Source: an uncultured delta proteobacterium | GTDB taxonomy: Bacteria > Desulfobacterota > Zymogenia > Zymogenales > Zymogenaceae | Direction: 5' to 3' | Assembly: GCA_963735595.1 (NCBI GenBank) | Contig: CAVTLK010000004.1 | Location: 352,001-416,000, forward strand | Length of the DNA stretch: 64,000 bases | Part shown: one piece after another, positions 1-10,918 of the stretch | Position numbering within the stretch: position 1 is the first letter of the stretch | Layout: each line of letters starts with the position of its first letter | Notes under the pieces: generated by a model | Told to the model about the DNA's origin: nothing | What the model saw: the letters and a program-made list of their open reading frames with translations, nothing else | The model's database searches: none | Made by a program: the position numbers and the translations under genes

Positions 1-1831
1 GCTCATACGGATAAACAAGGCCTGCTGTGACCTGCTGCACATCACCCCGGAGCAGGTCATGGGGAAATATAGCGTGCTCCACGATAACATCGTTATTGAA
101 CAGGGGCACCTGCCGAAAGTCAAGGGCGTCTTCGGAAAGGGGAGGACGGCACGGTTCGAGCTCCGCTACGATACGGCCAGGGTTACGGGTCTTGATTTGA
201 ACGGCACGGCGTCGGTATATCTGGACGTGACGATATTCCCGGTTCGGGACCCCGCCGGGAAGATAACCAATGCCGTTATCCAGCACAAGGACATTACCGA
301 ACAGAAGAAGGCCGAGGATGCGCTGCGGACCAACGAGGCCTTTACGAAGGCGGTCCTGGATAACCTCCCGGTCGGCGTGGCGGTAAATTCCATCGATCCC
401 GCGGTCGCCTTCGATTACATGAACGACAACTTCCCGAAATTCTATGGGACCACGCGTAAGAAGCTCGCCGAACCGGACGGCTTCTGGGCCGCGATTTATG
501 AAGACCCGGGGTTCCGGGACGAGATGCGAAAACGGGTCCTTGATGACTGCGCATCCGGCGACCCGAAGCGGATGTCCTGGCAGGACGTGCCGATAACCCG
601 AAAGGGCAGGGAAACGCGCTTTATTACCGCGAAGAATATCCCGGTGCCCGATAAGCCACTCATGATCTCGACCGTCTGGGACGTATCCGAGCGAAAGCGG
701 GCTGAAGAGGCGCTGCGCAGAAGCGAGGTGAAATACCGTACCGTCGCCGATTACAACTACGACTGGGAATACTGGATGGGGCCGGACGGGCGTATTATCT
801 ATATATCGCCCGCCTGCGAGCGGATCACCGGGTACCGCCCCGAAGAATTCATGAAAAATCCTGACTTGCTGAGATCGATCATCCACCCCGACGACCGTGA
901 AAGCCACGCCCGGCACGAGCGCGAGCGTGACAGCAAGCAGACCGGGCAGCTCGATTTTCGCATTATAGCCCGCGACGGCAGGGAACTATGGATCGCACAC
1001 GCCTGCCTCACCGTATTCGGGGAGGACGGCTCGCCCCTCGGGCGCCGCGCGAGCAACCGCGATATCACCGAGCGCAAGCGCGACGAGGCCGAGATCAGAA
1101 TACTCAACGAAGACCTCGAGCAACGGGTCATCGAGCGAACAGGGCAGCTCGAGGCGGCTAACAACGAACTCGAGGCCTTCAGCTATTCGGTCTCCCACGA
1201 CCTGCGCGCCCCCCTGCGGGCCATCGACGGTTTCACGCAGGTGCTCGTTGAGGAATACGGTAAGAAGCTGGACGAAGAAGGAAGGCGGCTGACCGGCGTG
1301 ATCCGGGATAACACCCGGCGCATGGGCAAGCTCATCGACGACCTGCTGGCCTTTTCCCGCGCCGGGCGTGGCGAGCTGCACAGCGGCCCCGTCAACATGG
1401 AGCTTCTGGCCAAATCTGCATTCTTCGAATTGGCGACTGAGGACGACCGGACACGTATCGAATTCAACGTGGGCGACATGCCGGAGGCCGAAGGCGATTC
1501 CTCCCTGCTCCGCCAGGTCTGGACAAACCTCGTCTCCAACGCCGTCAAGTTCTCCTCGAAAGAAGATCGGGCGGTTATCGAGGTTACCGGCCGGAAGCAG
1601 GGCGCCGAGGTAATTTACTCGATCCGGGATAACGGCGCCGGTTTTGAGGATAGATACTCCGACAAGCTCTTCGGGGTATTCCAGCGTCTGCACGGGCAGA
1701 AGGAGTTCCCCGGTACCGGGGTGGGCCTTGCCATCGTGCAGCGGGTGATCCTCCGGCACGACGGACGTGTATGGGCTGAAGGGAAGGTAGACGAGGGCGC
1801 GGTGTTTTACTTTTCCCTTCCGATTAAATAA
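1..1831 (+). CDS. Multi-PAS sensor histidine kinase with a Cph1/BphP-type transmitter; 5' end lies outside the window
   Basis: PAS/PAC repeats ([31 protein letters not shown]), H-box [22 protein letters not shown], HATPase N/G boxes. The frame is open from position 2. Confidence 0.9.
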   Translation, partial: LIRINKACCDLLHITPEQVMGKYSVLHDNIVIEQGHLPKVKGVFGKGRTARFELRYDTARVTGLDLNGTASVYLDVTIFPVRDPAGKITNAVIQHKDITEQKKAEDALRTNEAFTKAVLDNLPVGVAVNSIDPAVAFDYMNDNFPKFYGTTRKKLAEPDGFWAAIYEDPGFRDEMRKRVLDDCASGDPKRMSWQDVPITRKGRETRFITAKNIPVPDKPLMISTVWDVSERKRAEEALRRSEVKYRTVADYNYDWEYWMGPDGRIIYISPACERITGYRPEEFMKNPDLLRSIIHPDDRESHARHERERDSKQTGQLDFRIIARDGRELWIAHACLTVFGEDGSPLGRRASNRDITERKRDEAEIRILNEDLEQRVIERTGQLEAANNELEAFSYSVSHDLRAPLRAIDGFTQVLVEEYGKKLDEEGRRLTGVIRDNTRRMGKLIDDLLAFSRAGRGELHSGPVNMELLAKSAFFELATEDDRTRIEFNVGDMPEAEGDSSLLRQVWTNLVSNAVKFSSKEDRAVIEVTGRKQGAEVIYSIRDNGAGFEDRYSDKLFGVFQRLHGQKEFPGTGVGLAIVQRVILRHDGRVWAEGKVDEGAVFYFSLPIK

Positions 1832-1842
1832 GGGGGTGCTTC

Positions 1843-2286
1843 GTGAAAGACTTCGAGGCGATCGATATCCTGCTGGTCGAGGACAATCCACAGGACGCCG
1901 AGCTTACCGTACGGGCGCTTAAGAAAAACAAGCTGGCAAACCGGATATACGTCGCCGAGGACGGGGCCGAGGCGCTGGATATCCTGTTTGCGCGCGGCCA
2001 ATACATACAGCCTGAAAACGCGGCCCCCCCCAAGATCGTTCTTTTGGACCTGAAGCTGCCAAAGGTCAGCGGCCTGGAGGTGCTCAATCAGATCAAATCC
2101 GATGTGCGAACGAAAAAAATTCCGGTAATCGTTGTGACCTCCTCGCGGGAAGATCCTGATATCGAGGAGTCATACGCGCGTGGGGCTAACAGCTACGTTG
2201 TAAAGCCGGTGGATTTCGAGCAGTTCTTCAATGCCATGGGCAACCTCGGCCTCTACTGGCTGTTAGTTAATCACCCCCCCCGGTGA
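1843..2286 (+). CDS. Single-domain response regulator, Rcp1-like
   Basis: ILLVEDNPQD, LLDLKLPKVSG, GANSYVVKP and C-terminal YW-L motif; directly follows the kinase. Confidence 0.9.
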   Translation: MKDFEAIDILLVEDNPQDAELTVRALKKNKLANRIYVAEDGAEALDILFARGQYIQPENAAPPKIVLLDLKLPKVSGLEVLNQIKSDVRTKKIPVIVVTSSREDPDIEESYARGANSYVVKPVDFEQFFNAMGNLGLYWLLVNHPPR

Positions 2287-2332
2287 AACGGGCTTTTTCC
2301 TCTTTCTTTGTCCTGATACGGAGGTGCACTCC

Positions 2333-5300
2333 ATGGGTGAGGTTACACGAATCCTCATCGTCGAGGACGTTGCCGCTGACGCCGAACTGGCTAAAAGGGA
2401 GATAGGCGGGGAACTAAAAGCCTGCGACTTCCAAGTTGTAGAGACGCGGGAAGAATTCCTGGACGCGCTTAATACGTTTGCCCCCGATATCATCGTTTCG
2501 GACTACAGCCTGCCGACGTTTGACGGTATGACGGCGCTGAAACTCACCCTCGAACACGCTCCCACCACCCCCCTGATTATCCTCACCGGATCGCAAAATG
2601 AAGACATCGCCGTTAGCTGTATCAAGGCGGGGGCCTCGGACTATGTCTTGAAAGACTCCATCAGGCGGCTGGGACCCGCCGTCTCCGTCGCTCTGGATAT
2701 ACGGCGTGTTCGGCAGGAAAAGGAGCGGATCGAGGCCTCACTCAGGGAAAACCAGGAGCGCTACCGGATCATCACCGAAAACATGAGTGATACCGTCTGG
2801 ATCATGGATATGGATTTCCGCACGACGTACATCAGCCCGTCGGTCGTGGCAACCCGCGGGTTTACCCTCGAAGAGCTCTCTGACATGTCCCTCGATAAGC
2901 ACCTGACCCCCGAGTCGGTGAAGGTCGCCTCCGCGACGCTCGCGGAGAACCTAACGAGAGAACGATTGGAGAACGCAGACCTCTCAATATCCGTGACCCT
3001 GGACCTTGAATTCTACCGCAAGGACGGCTCCACCTTCTGGTCGGAGATTACCATGGCGCTCATCCGGGATGCGGCCGGACGACCCGCGGGGTTCCTCGGC
3101 GTCGGCCGGGACATCACCGAGCGCAGGGTAGCCGAACGTGCGCTCAGGGAGTCGGAGCGAAAATATAGGGAGCTGGTCGAAAACACCGCCGATATCGTCT
3201 ATGCTGTGGACGGCCGCGGCAACATCGTGTTCCTGAACGGTGCGGCGCTACGTTTCTTCGGATACTCGCTTCAAGAAAGTATTGGGCGCAGCTTTGTCGA
3301 GTTCCTCTTGCCGTCGTCCCTGGAGACCGCCGCTGCCGTTTTCAAAAAACAGCTTGCCGGGGAAGAGGTGAGCGCGTTTGAGCTTGACTTTTTTAACAAA
3401 GAAGGCGCGGTCATGACGCTTGAGACCCGGGAGAAACTGATATGGGACAAGAAACGGGTTGTCGAGGTGCACGGGATCGGCCGCGACATAACGGAAAAAA
3501 AGCAGGCCGAGGAGGCGCTGCGGGAGAGCGAAAAGCGTTACCGCGAGCTGGTGCAAAATATCGGGGATATCGTCTATGTCACGGATCAGGACGGAAGAGT
3601 CGTATTTCTCAATGCCGCCGCCGAGCAGTTTATCGGTTACCCCCGGGAGGAATTGATGGGGCGAAGTTTCGCCGACTTTCTAACCCCCGGATCGATCGAA
3701 ACCGCGACCCGTGTGTCCCGACGACAGCGTATCAAGGAGGATGTGGGTGTTTTTGAGCTCGATTTCAATGACCACAGCGGAAGGGTCAAGACGATCGAGA
3801 CCAGGGAACAACTGGTCTGGCAGGGCGATCGCATCGTAGCGTTCCACGGGATCGGCCGGGACATAACGGAAAGAAAGCAGGCCGAGGAGGCGCTGCGGGA
3901 TTCTGAACAGCGCTACCGGGAGCTGGTGGAGACTATCGCCGATATCGTCTACATAACGGACGGCACCGGGAAAATCATCTATCTCAATAAGGCCTTAGAG
4001 GAGGCATCGGGATATACGCGCGAGGAGCTGCTCCAGAAAAACTATATGGAGCTGCTGACCCCGGAGTCGCTGGAAAAGGTCAAAAAGGTTTTCATGGCCC
4101 AGAAACAGGGCAAAGACATCGGGTCATACGAAATCTCCTTCATCGATAAGATCGGGAATATAAGGATAATCGAAGTCCGGGAACAGGTGGTCTGGGAGGG
4201 AAAACGGATCTCGCAGGTTCGGGGTATCGGGAGGGATATAACGGATCGCAAGCGCGCTGAGGAGCGGATCGCCCACCTCAACCACGTGCTGGAGTCCATT
4301 CGGACCATAGACAAGCTCATCGTGAGGGTCGACGATAAGGATACGCTGCTGTCGGGGGCCTGCGAAATCCTCTGCGAGGTGAGCGGGTACTATTTTGTCT
4401 GGATCGGCCTGGTGGAAGAAGGGGATATGCGGGTCGTCCCCGTCGCCCACTGGGGATACGAGGACGGGTACCTCGACGCTGTCACGGTAACCTGGGATGA
4501 AACGCCCACCGGCGGAGGCCCGATCGGAATGGCCATCCGGACGGGACGGCCCTGCCTTTTCAATGATATGGCCAACAACCCCGATTTCAAACCCTGGCGG
4601 GACGAGGCATTGAAGCGTGGGTATCGCTCGTTGATGGCAGTCCCCATCACGACCGGCAAGCGGGTTTACGGCGCGCTGGCCGTCTATTCGGACCACGCCG
4701 ATGTTTTCGGCGACGAAGAGGTCATGCTCATGGAAGATGTGGCCGAGGACATCGCCTTTGCAATGACCGTGATCGAGGCGGAAGCGGAGAGGAAACGATC
4801 GGAGGAGGCGCTCAAGGAATCCGAAGAAAAATTCCGCAGCTTTTTTGAAACGTCCCGGGATATTGTGTATATGACGTCTCTAGACGGAACCGTTTTGGAT
4901 GTGAACGAGGCTTTCGAGGATATACTCGGGTATACGAGGGAAGAGACGCTTTCGAAAAACGTGACGCTCTTCTACAAGAATCATGATGATCGGAAGCGGT
5001 TTCAGGAGGCCATCGGCCACCACGGGTTTGTCAGGGATTTTGACGTCTCCATCCGGCGGAAAAACGGTACCTTCGCGGACTGTCTCATCACCGCGACGGT
5101 CAGAAGGGATAACGGCGGCGCAATCATCGGCTACCAGGGGACGATCAGGGACATCAGCGAAAAGAAACGAATGGAGCGCCAGCTCATCCAGGCCGAAAAG
5201 CTCTCGTCGCTCGGCGGGATTCTTTCCGGGGTAGCCCATGAAATGAACAACCCCCTGACGTCCATCATCGGAATCGCCCAGATGATCATGCGCGGCCCGG

Positions 5301-6280
5301 TTCCTGAGGACATCAGGGAGAAGCTCGAGGTAATTCATCGGGAGTCACTCAGGACCGCCAAGATCATCCAGGGGCTATTGACCTTTGCACGGGAACATAA
5401 GCCGGAGCGGAAGATGATCTCCGTCAACAAGATCATTGAGGAGTCCTACCGGCTCAGGGAGTACGAGTTCCGCGTCGATAATATTGCCATAAACCTGGAA
5501 CTCACTAAAGAAGTACCGCTTACGGCCGCCGATCCCCATCAATTACAGCAGGTCTTCATAAATCTCATTAATAACAGTCACGACGCGCTGGCCGGCGGCG
5601 GCGGGAGCCAGTTGGTTATCCGCTCATCTGTCGGGGACGGCACTATCCGTATCGAGTTCGAGGACGACGGGCCGGGGATCCCGGAACAGGATATAGGGTT
5701 TATCTTCGACCCGTTCTTTACTACAAAGGAGGTCGGCAAGGGAACCGGGCTGGGGCTTTCTATTGTGTACGGAATTATTAAGGAGCACAGCGGAAGGATA
5801 GAGGTGAACAGCCTGCCGGGCAAAGGGGCGAAGTTCACCATCTATCTACCCGTGACGACGGAGATTACCGAGCGGGCCGCGCCGACACTGAGGCAGGCGG
5901 GAACGCCGTCGGACGGAAAGCTGGTAATGGTGGTCGAGGACGAAGAACCCCTCCGAAAGATGATCGCCGAGGTCCTCGAGCGTGACGGCTATCGGGTCCA
6001 GCAGTGCGAGGGCGGGCAGCAGGCAATCGATATGATGAAGGTGAAACGGTTTGACGTAATCGTAACGGATTTGAAGATGCCCGGAATCGGGGGCAAGGAG
6101 CTCTATACCTTCGTCCAGAAGTACTACCCCAATCTCGCCCGCCGGGTCCTCTTTATCACGGGGGACGTCCTGAGCATAGACACGCAGTCATTCTTCAGGA
6201 TAACCGGGAACGTATATATCGAAAAGCCGTTTGAGATAGAAGTGCTGTTGGCGCGGGTCGATGAAGTACTGAAGCTGTAA
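2333..6280 (+). CDS. Hybrid sensor kinase (REC, 4 PAS, GAF, PAS, HisKA, HATPase, REC)
   Basis: N-terminal REC, repeated PAS/PAC, GAF (GPIGMAIRTGRP), H-box GVAHEMNNPL, G-box GKGTGLGL, C-terminal REC. GGAGGT at 2320-2325 supports ATG 2333. Confidence 0.9.
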   Translation: MGEVTRILIVEDVAADAELAKREIGGELKACDFQVVETREEFLDALNTFAPDIIVSDYSLPTFDGMTALKLTLEHAPTTPLIILTGSQNEDIAVSCIKAGASDYVLKDSIRRLGPAVSVALDIRRVRQEKERIEASLRENQERYRIITENMSDTVWIMDMDFRTTYISPSVVATRGFTLEELSDMSLDKHLTPESVKVASATLAENLTRERLENADLSISVTLDLEFYRKDGSTFWSEITMALIRDAAGRPAGFLGVGRDITERRVAERALRESERKYRELVENTADIVYAVDGRGNIVFLNGAALRFFGYSLQESIGRSFVEFLLPSSLETAAAVFKKQLAGEEVSAFELDFFNKEGAVMTLETREKLIWDKKRVVEVHGIGRDITEKKQAEEALRESEKRYRELVQNIGDIVYVTDQDGRVVFLNAAAEQFIGYPREELMGRSFADFLTPGSIETATRVSRRQRIKEDVGVFELDFNDHSGRVKTIETREQLVWQGDRIVAFHGIGRDITERKQAEEALRDSEQRYRELVETIADIVYITDGTGKIIYLNKALEEASGYTREELLQKNYMELLTPESLEKVKKVFMAQKQGKDIGSYEISFIDKIGNIRIIEVREQVVWEGKRISQVRGIGRDITDRKRAEERIAHLNHVLESIRTIDKLIVRVDDKDTLLSGACEILCEVSGYYFVWIGLVEEGDMRVVPVAHWGYEDGYLDAVTVTWDETPTGGGPIGMAIRTGRPCLFNDMANNPDFKPWRDEALKRGYRSLMAVPITTGKRVYGALAVYSDHADVFGDEEVMLMEDVAEDIAFAMTVIEAEAERKRSEEALKESEEKFRSFFETSRDIVYMTSLDGTVLDVNEAFEDILGYTREETLSKNVTLFYKNHDDRKRFQEAIGHHGFVRDFDVSIRRKNGTFADCLITATVRRDNGGAIIGYQGTIRDISEKKRMERQLIQAEKLSSLGGILSGVAHEMNNPLTSIIGIAQMIMRGPVPEDIREKLEVIHRESLRTAKIIQGLLTFAREHKPERKMISVNKIIEESYRLREYEFRVDNIAINLELTKEVPLTAADPHQLQQVFINLINNSHDALAGGGGSQLVIRSSVGDGTIRIEFEDDGPGIPEQDIGFIFDPFFTTKEVGKGTGLGLSIVYGIIKEHSGRIEVNSLPGKGAKFTIYLPVTTEITERAAPTLRQAGTPSDGKLVMVVEDEEPLRKMIAEVLERDGYRVQQCEGGQQAIDMMKVKRFDVIVTDLKMPGIGGKELYTFVQKYYPNLARRVLFITGDVLSIDTQSFFRITGNVYIEKPFEIEVLLARVDEVLKL

Positions 6281-6331
6281 AGTCCTCACGAACAGCCCGG
6301 GGCAGGCAACAGGATTATACCGGCCGGGCTT

Positions 6332-7702
6332 TCAGGGTCTGAACGAATCGAGAAGATCGATAAGCTCCCCAACGTTTTTGATGCCGACAACTGCCATCGC
6401 GGGCGGTGCGGCTTCCGTTGACGCGTTTCCGGCCGGCACAACGGCGCGGACGAATCCGAGCCGTTTGGCCTCCGTAATCCTCATGGCCGACTGCGAGACC
6501 GCCGTCACTTCACCGGAAAGCCCGATCTCACCGAAAAATACCACGCCGGGAGGGATCGGGATATCGGTATGGCTCGACGCGAGGCTCGCAGCCAGGGCCA
6601 GGTCGACGGCCGGCTCCGAAAGCCTGATGCCCCCCGCCACATTGACAAAGATGTCGTGGGACGACAGATTCACCCCCGCCTTTTTTTCGAGCACCGCCGC
6701 AATAATAGCCGTCCGGTTATAATCGATCCCCATCGACGTTCGCCGGGGGACCGCCAGGGCGCCGGGCGTTGTGAGGGACTGAACCTCGACCATGATACTG
6801 CGCGTCCCTTCGATAGCGGCGGTCACCGCCGCCCCGGAGACGGGGACGTCGCGACGGGTCAGGAAGAGCTCGGATGGATTTACCACCTCGAGAAGGCCCT
6901 GCTCTTTCATTTCGAAGATCCCCACCTCGTGTGTAGGGCCAAAGCGGTTTTTGTGCGCCTTGAGTATGCGGTAGGGGTAGTGGGTGCCGCCCTCGAAATA
7001 GAGGACGGTATCCACCAGGTGCTCGAGAACCTTGGGGCCGGCGATCGCCCCCTCCTTAGTAATGTGCCCGACCAGCAGGACGGCCAGTGCGTTTTGTTTC
7101 GCGTACTGTGTCAGCTTCTGGGCCACCTCCCTGATTTGGCCGATGCTTCCGGGCGCGGAACCGACCTCCGGGTCGGCCGTCGTCTGGATCGAGTCTATCA
7201 CAACCACACGCGGCCGCCGGTCGTTCATCGCCGCCTCGATCACGCTCAGCGAGGTCGTGAAGAGCGCCTGAAAGGCCGCGAGATCGAGATCCATCCGCCG
7301 GGCCCTGAGGGCGAGCTGCGCCCCGGACTCCTCCCCCGAGACGTAGAGGGTCTCGATCCCGGCCCCGGCGAGCCGTGATAGTGCCTCCATCAGGAGTGTC
7401 GTCTTGCCAACGCCCGGGTCCCCGCCGACCAGCACGACCGAACCCGGTACCAGTCCCCCGCCGAGGACACGGTCCAGCTCGCCAATGCCGGTAGTCATGC
7501 GGGAGACCTCCGCTCTATCGAGCGATGCGAGAAAGATGGGGCGGGCCATTATGCCATCGTTGGAGGGCCGAGCCTCTTTTTCGGGCATGGCCTCTTCGAT
7601 AACGGTGTTCCATTCGTTGCACTCGGGGCACCTGCCCACCCAGCGCGGGGCAACGTAGCCGCAGGACTGGCAGATGAACCTGGATTTTGTTTTTTTTGTC
7701 AT
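6332..7702 (-). CDS. radA: DNA repair protein RadA/Sms
   Basis: C4 zinc finger (CQSC, CPEC), Walker A GGDPGVGKTT, KNRFG motif, Lon-like C-terminal domain. Confidence 0.96.
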   Translation of the reverse strand: MTKKTKSRFICQSCGYVAPRWVGRCPECNEWNTVIEEAMPEKEARPSNDGIMARPIFLASLDRAEVSRMTTGIGELDRVLGGGLVPGSVVLVGGDPGVGKTTLLMEALSRLAGAGIETLYVSGEESGAQLALRARRMDLDLAAFQALFTTSLSVIEAAMNDRRPRVVVIDSIQTTADPEVGSAPGSIGQIREVAQKLTQYAKQNALAVLLVGHITKEGAIAGPKVLEHLVDTVLYFEGGTHYPYRILKAHKNRFGPTHEVGIFEMKEQGLLEVVNPSELFLTRRDVPVSGAAVTAAIEGTRSIMVEVQSLTTPGALAVPRRTSMGIDYNRTAIIAAVLEKKAGVNLSSHDIFVNVAGGIRLSEPAVDLALAASLASSHTDIPIPPGVVFFGEIGLSGEVTAVSQSAMRITEAKRLGFVRAVVPAGNASTEAAPPAMAVVGIKNVGELIDLLDSFRP

Positions 7703-7843
7703 CGTGACGTGATTCCGTGTAGAAGATTTTAAGGCCTGAAGCGGACGGTAACGTGAAAAATGGGCGTAACCTGTTGACGGGATGGATTCGGAAGACTTCG
7801 CGTTCGGCCTTAGCGGTCTTGAGTAATAATTCCGTGCCGGCTG

Positions 7844-8650
7844 CTACGGCGCCTCGGACTTGATAGAAAGGAGCGTCTTGTCGGCAAGCGTCCCCCGGAG
7901 CTTACCGAATTGATCCAGGAGGTCCTCGACCGTCAGCCGGTCCCGGTCGGGCCCCTTTACGTCGAAGATGATCTTACCCAGGTGCATCATGATAAGCCGG
8001 TTGCCGTTGGCCAGCGCCTGCTGCATGTTGTGGGTAATCATCACGGTTGTGAGCCCGTATTTCTCGATGATCCGCCTGGTGAGATCCATGACGAGCCTGG
8101 CGGTCTTCGGATCGAGGGCGGCTGTGTGCTCGTCCAATAGCAGGACCTTCGGGGAATTGAGGGTCGCCATGAGCAGGGTGAGAGACTGGCGCTGACCTCC
8201 CGAAAGGAGCCCGACCTTGTCCCGCAGGCGGTCCTCGAGACCCAATCCGAGGAGGGCAAGCCTCTCTCTGAAGAGGTCTCTGGATTTCTGGTTGACGCCA
8301 AAGGCCAGCGTCCGCCTCCTGCCGCGGGCCAGCGCTATCGAGAAGTTCTCCTCAATGGACATGGATCCGGCGGTGCCCATCATCGGGTCCTGAAAGACCC
8401 GTCCGATAAACTTCGCCCGCCGGTGCTCCTTGAGAGGGGTGACGTTGCTGCCGTCAATAGTGACTCTGCCCGTATCGGGGGGGTAGACCCCCGCGATGAG
8501 GTTAAGGAGTGTCGATTTGCCGGCCCCGTTGGAGCCGATAACGGTGATAAAGTCGCCCTTTTTAACGTCGATGGTCACCCGGTCGAGCGCGAGGTTCTCG
8601 TTGACGCTTCCCTTATTGAAGATCTTGGTGAGATTCTTGACCTTGATCAT
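7844..8650 (-). CDS. ABC transporter ATP-binding protein (putative aromatic amino acid type)
   Basis: GSNGAGKST, LSGGQRQ, LLLDEHTAALDP; overlaps the permease stop by 4 bp. Confidence 0.92.
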   Translation of the reverse strand: MIKVKNLTKIFNKGSVNENLALDRVTIDVKKGDFITVIGSNGAGKSTLLNLIAGVYPPDTGRVTIDGSNVTPLKEHRRAKFIGRVFQDPMMGTAGSMSIEENFSIALARGRRRTLAFGVNQKSRDLFRERLALLGLGLEDRLRDKVGLLSGGQRQSLTLLMATLNSPKVLLLDEHTAALDPKTARLVMDLTRRIIEKYGLTTVMITHNMQQALANGNRLIMMHLGKIIFDVKGPDRDRLTVEDLLDQFGKLRGTLADKTLLSIKSEAP

Positions 8651-9582
8651 TGATCGCCCTCCCCTTTCCGGAGGGCCGCGAGCTTGATCTTGCTTCGTAT
8701 GGTGGGCAGCGTCAACGCGAAGACAACGAGGATTGCCGTGATGAGTTTCAAATCGCTCGGGGTAATCTGAAGTGACCCGATCCTGATTTGCAGGGCCGCG
8801 GCTATGGCAAGACGATATACGACCGAGCCGATAACGACCCCGAGGGTCGCCCGGAAGACCGTCATCTCTCCTATGAGGGCTTCCCCGATGATGACCGATG
8901 CGAGGCCGGCCACGATCGTTCCCACCCCCATGTTCACGTCGGCGCTTCCCTGGTTCTGGGCAAATAGCGCGCCGGAAAGGGCTACCAGCCCGTTGCTGAG
9001 CGCCACGCCGAGCATAATGGTAAAGTGAGTATTAACCCCCAGTGCCCGTATCATGTGGGGGTTGTCGCCGGTTGCGCGCATCGCCAGGCCCAGCTCGGTG
9101 TGCAAAAAGAGGTCGAGGGCGACCTTGACGACAACGATGACCGCCAGGAAGAGGACCGGCACCATAACGAACGGGGGTATTCCGAGGGAAACGATAAATT
9201 CCTTAACCGCGGCGAAATGATCGAAAACCGTCTGCCTGTTGATCAGGGAGGTGTTCGGTTTTCCCATGATCCTGAGATTAATCGAGTAGAGCGCAATCAT
9301 GGTGAGAATTGACGCAAGGAGATTGAGTATATTGAGCTTGGTGGATAGAAACGCGGTTACAAGGCCCGCCATCATGCCGGCGGCAACGGCCACCGGAAGC
9401 ACCAAAAAAGGATTCACGCCGTGGGTGATCAGGACGGCACTTACCGCGGCGCCGAGGGGGAAGCTTCCGTCGACCGTGAGATCAGGAAAATCCAGGACTC
9501 GGAAGGTAAGATAAACACCGAGGGCCATGAGCGAATAAACCAGGCCCTGAGAGATGGCGCCCATAAGCGCATAGAATGACAC
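8647..9582 (-). CDS. ABC transporter permease
   Basis: Hydrophobic protein with DFPDLTVDGSFPLGAAV; GAGGAGG precedes the GTG start on the minus strand. Confidence 0.9.
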   Translation of the reverse strand: MSFYALMGAISQGLVYSLMALGVYLTFRVLDFPDLTVDGSFPLGAAVSAVLITHGVNPFLVLPVAVAAGMMAGLVTAFLSTKLNILNLLASILTMIALYSINLRIMGKPNTSLINRQTVFDHFAAVKEFIVSLGIPPFVMVPVLFLAVIVVVKVALDLFLHTELGLAMRATGDNPHMIRALGVNTHFTIMLGVALSNGLVALSGALFAQNQGSADVNMGVGTIVAGLASVIIGEALIGEMTVFRATLGVVIGSVVYRLAIAAALQIRIGSLQITPSDLKLITAILVVFALTLPTIRSKIKLAALRKGEGDQ

Positions 9583-9715
9583 CCGCGTTACCTCCTCGCT
9601 GTATCCCGAAACGATGCCTTTTCCGGGTGGTCAACCGAGACAACGGCCGAATAATGAATCCGGGGGACAGTATCAAACCGTATAAAGCGGATAAATATTA
9701 TTGATTAGATTAGGG

Positions 9716-9744
9716 TTTTTAGCACAGATTGTCCGAACCGTCAA
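9716..9744 (-). promoter_or_regulatory. Putative sigma70 promoter for the permease and ATPase genes
   Basis: Minus strand TTGACG-N17-TAAAAA with TG upstream of the -10. Confidence 0.5.
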
Positions 9745-9778
9745 GCAAAAAGGCCGCCGGTATTTATGACTGAAGACG

Positions 9779-9814
9779 AACGCGGGGTGGGAGCCTATAC
9801 TCCCACCCCGCGTT
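9779..9814. terminator. Perfect 15-bp hairpin after the substrate-binding gene (terminator or stability element)
   Basis: AACGCGGGGTGGGAG-cctata-CTCCCACCCCGCGTT; the U-tract is weak. Confidence 0.6.
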
Positions 9815-9913
9815 TGATGCGGCACGATTAACGGGCGGCCTGTCAGTTCTGATTAAGAACCGTCCCACGCCCGTGAGACAATCCCGGAGGTTTAATGGTC
9901 TTCCGCGGAATGC

Positions 9914-10918
9914 CTATTTGCTCTCTTCTACCGGCGCCTCCGCCTTGAAGGTCTCGTCGGCCCTCGTGAGGACGGACTCGGGAATGGTCACACCCATCGC
10001 CGCGGCCGAATCGAGGTTCACATACAGGAGGAGGTCTTCCAACATCTCCGTGGGCATCTCGCCCGGGTTCTTGCCCTTCAGGATCTCCACGGCCATTCTC
10101 CCGGTTTGTTTGCCGAGGAGGTAATAGTCGATGGCTAACGCGGCGATAGCACCGCGCGGCACGGAATCGACATCCGCGGCGAACAGGGGGATCTTGTTAT
10201 CGGTGCAGACCTTGGTGATGGCTTCAAACGCCGAAACCACGGTATTGTCGGTGGGGATATGGATAGCGTCGACCTTGCCGACCAGGGACTCGGCGGCCAT
10301 CATGACCTCGCTGGAGTTCGTGACGGTTGCCTCGACGATCTCGATGCCGAGCTTGGCGCCCTCATCCTGGACCTGTTTGAGGGAGGTCAGGGAGTTGGAC
10401 TCGCCGGCGTTGTAGATGAAGCCGAGCTTCTTGACGCCCGGAATGATTTCTTTGATGAGCTCAAGCTGCCTGTCGGCCGGGGAGAGGTCAGACGTGCCGG
10501 TAACGTTTTTTCCGCCGCCGTCGAGGGAATCAACGAGTCCCGCCCCTACGGGGTCGGTTATCGCCGAGAAGACAACGGGGATCTCGGTGGTTGCCTTGAC
10601 GACCGTCTGAGAAGAAGGGGTGGCGATCGTGAGGATCAGGTCCGGATTTTCGCCGACGAGCTTCTCGGCTATCTGAGCGGCGATGCCGAAATCGGCCTGC
10701 GCGAAGTTGACGTCGTACGTGACGTTTTCTCCTTCGACGTAACCTTCCTCCTTGAGGTAGTCGATGAAGCCGTTTCTCACCGCGTCCAGAGCCGGGTGCT
10801 CAACAAACTGCGAGATTCCGATGACGTAATGTTTCTTTTCCTTTGCGCATCCGGTAAGGCCTACCGCCAGCGGAACGATAAGGGCCATGATTGCGACGAT
10901 CAATAGAATTCGTTTCAT
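9914..10918 (-). CDS. ABC transporter substrate-binding lipoprotein (DUF534 / Trp-Tyr-binding-like)
   Basis: Lipobox LTGC, IGISQFVEHPALD, NVTGTSD, PTDNTV. AAAGGAG precedes ATG 10918. Confidence 0.88.
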   Translation of the reverse strand: MKRILLIVAIMALIVPLAVGLTGCAKEKKHYVIGISQFVEHPALDAVRNGFIDYLKEEGYVEGENVTYDVNFAQADFGIAAQIAEKLVGENPDLILTIATPSSQTVVKATTEIPVVFSAITDPVGAGLVDSLDGGGKNVTGTSDLSPADRQLELIKEIIPGVKKLGFIYNAGESNSLTSLKQVQDEGAKLGIEIVEATVTNSSEVMMAAESLVGKVDAIHIPTDNTVVSAFEAITKVCTDNKIPLFAADVDSVPRGAIAALAIDYYLLGKQTGRMAVEILKGKNPGEMPTEMLEDLLLYVNLDSAAAMGVTIPESVLTRADETFKAEAPVEESK

